64,000 nt of DNA. It comes from Pavona decussata (taxonomy: Eukaryota). Location: the NCBI GenBank assembly GCA_977016875.1, contig CDRNST010000120.1, positions 1,550,001 to 1,614,000 on the forward strand. The letters run 5' to 3'. Position numbers and translations under genes: made by a program. Positions 62,498-64,000 of this stretch are shown here, piece by piece (the first letter of the stretch is position 1; each line of letters begins with the position of its first letter). The notes beneath the pieces are model-generated. The model searched no databases. It worked only from the letters and a program-made list of their open reading frames with translations, and was not told the DNA's origin.

Positions 62498-63707
62498 ATC
62501 AATTCTTACCCTCCCCCTCGATAAAGCTCGCATGTGGATCTATACGACAGCGAATTATCGTTATAAAGAGAATTTCGTAACTGAATGATTAATATCATTA
62601 ACATATCACAACTCACTTGAGGGTCGGCCACAATTCTTTCTACGGAGAAGTAGGATTTGAGTGTTTGTACGGCCGGTAAATCATTCCGGAACTTTTCGGC
62701 ATGTTGTTGACAATCGAGGAACAAAACTTTAGCAACAGGCAAATTCTTCCATCTGTACATTTCTTGTACTTTAATAACAAAACCCTTCTTCCTTGACATG
62801 TTGTCTGGCGTTTGGTAAGGCTCTTCAATAATTCCACGTTCGTCAACGCAATATATCTTGGGCATCACCTTTCAATGGAAATAAAAATTCAAATTCAAAT
62901 AAAATTTCATCTCTTCAAAACTTGACCAATTTTAACTGGAAACTACAACTTCTCTACTCCCAGGATACTAACAGATTCTTTAAAGAACCTGTCAGCATTG
63001 ATCCCAGAATCTGCGTGAGGAAAAATCATGCGAAAAGGACACTTTCACATTACTTTCGTCTCGATTTATCGCTCTATTTTCGCGCTAAAAAAATTCGCAA
63101 GTGTAATCCAGCGGCAACTTTTGTACAATTTGAGCGCTATTCCAGTCGAGTGCGATACCTACTTGGAATTTGCTTCAGTTTCTCCCCAAATCACCGCAAA
63201 TTTGCATGACGTTTCGAAACTTCTGCGATATCGTAGTAACAAATCGCGCCAAAAATCATCTGAAATCGGCGCAAGTTTACATTTGCGATTTTCACCGCGA
63301 GATCGAGCGCAAAATAGTTTCAATAAGATGTACGACAAAAATTGTATAAAAATTGCGTGTTTGCAAACGGGTGTAGAGTCACAAAACGACTTTGTCTAGG
63401 GGAAGGAAATCAATCATTTTTCCTTGACCAAGGGCAGGGGTTGAGGGATTGCCAAAGCTAGTGACTGCGGCGAGTTATAACATTAATTCATGGGGGCCAG
63501 TGAAAGTAGTTTGGTGGTTGGGGGTGGGGGAGACCCAGCCGGCTATTTACAGGAAACAACCTTAACTCCACACACACCTTCGACTCTGTCCTCTCTCCCA
63601 ATAAAATCATTTGAATGGTTTCTCTGAGGTTAAAAAATGGCGAACCACTTTTTCTTTGATTCTTCAGCACAAGATCGGCTTTGGTTCGAAACATTGTAAT
63701 GCAGATC
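61002..63707 (-). CDS. C-terminal MYND zinc-finger protein, last 4 exons (5' part outside the window)
   Basis: Exons 63707-63578, 62868-62617, 62152-62023, 61333-61002, GT-AG with phases consistent. MYND motif CAFC..LKRCFGCKKVFYCRKQCQKQHWKEHKPHC. Confidence 0.88.
61616..61918 (+). mobile_element. Full-length tRNA-derived SINE in the last MYND-gene intron
   Basis: A box TGGTCGAGTGG, B box GGTTCAAGTCC, unrelated body, AATAAA and (TTTA)n tail. Confidence 0.88.
62283..62503. repeat. Compound (TCAA)n/(TCAG)n microsatellite
   Basis: Directly visible tetranucleotide arrays. Confidence 0.97.
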
Positions 63708-64000
63708 CTGAAATATAAATCGAAAGGTGTGTCATTCGGGAGGAACGACAAAATGAAAAAGGAAGCGGTAGAGAAGAGGTTAAAAAAATAGTGAGTCTAT
63801 TCGTTTTAAAAATTGAACCCTTACTGCAACTGCGTAACGCCCCCTAAAGTAGCGATAACACCTGACGAGTCTTAGGAAGTTAAAATGTTTGTGGACCATG
63901 ATCTGGCGTTTCTCTCAAATTGTACCTCTCTTGTTTTGGGCTTGAGAGCAAGCAGCGGAAGAGGAGCCTATTTTGTTCTGTTTTTGAAGTAGGGGTGCAC

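Noticed and set aside
62279-62524. 81-aa ORF of SINQ/SVSQ repeats
   Set aside because: Translation of a (TCAA)n/(TCAG)n microsatellite inside an intron

Overview
Eukaryotic, intron-rich, AT-rich DNA. The repeat families and gene content suggest a stony coral or other anthozoan (inference). From left to right: (1) an intact Ty3/Gypsy pol ORF with PPT and a 154-bp 3' LTR, inserted into a LINE remnant; (2) about 13 kb (roughly 4.8-18.2 kb) with no credible ORF, packed with back-to-back and nested imperfect inverted repeats whose mismatches are mostly G-U compatible on the + strand only, which looks like a very large, highly double-stranded RNA and is the main finding; (3) a complete 10-exon ERMP1 gene (+); (4) a 5-exon IFT25/HSPB11 gene (-) that the ORF track misses, head-to-head with an uncharacterised 2-exon gene (+); (5) nested LINE fragments, one carrying a 2A-like motif, and a structured ~196-bp tandem repeat; (6) a 2-exon TPR protein with predicted N-terminal lipidation and a C-terminal EQWV motif (-); (7) an assembly gap and a Penelope element with a minimal hammerhead ribozyme; (8) two tandem secreted PAN-EGF-fibrinogen-like genes (-) plus an inverted fragment of a third; (9) the last four exons of a MYND-finger gene (-). 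All alignments, pairings and exon models were read by eye; no folding or database search was run.
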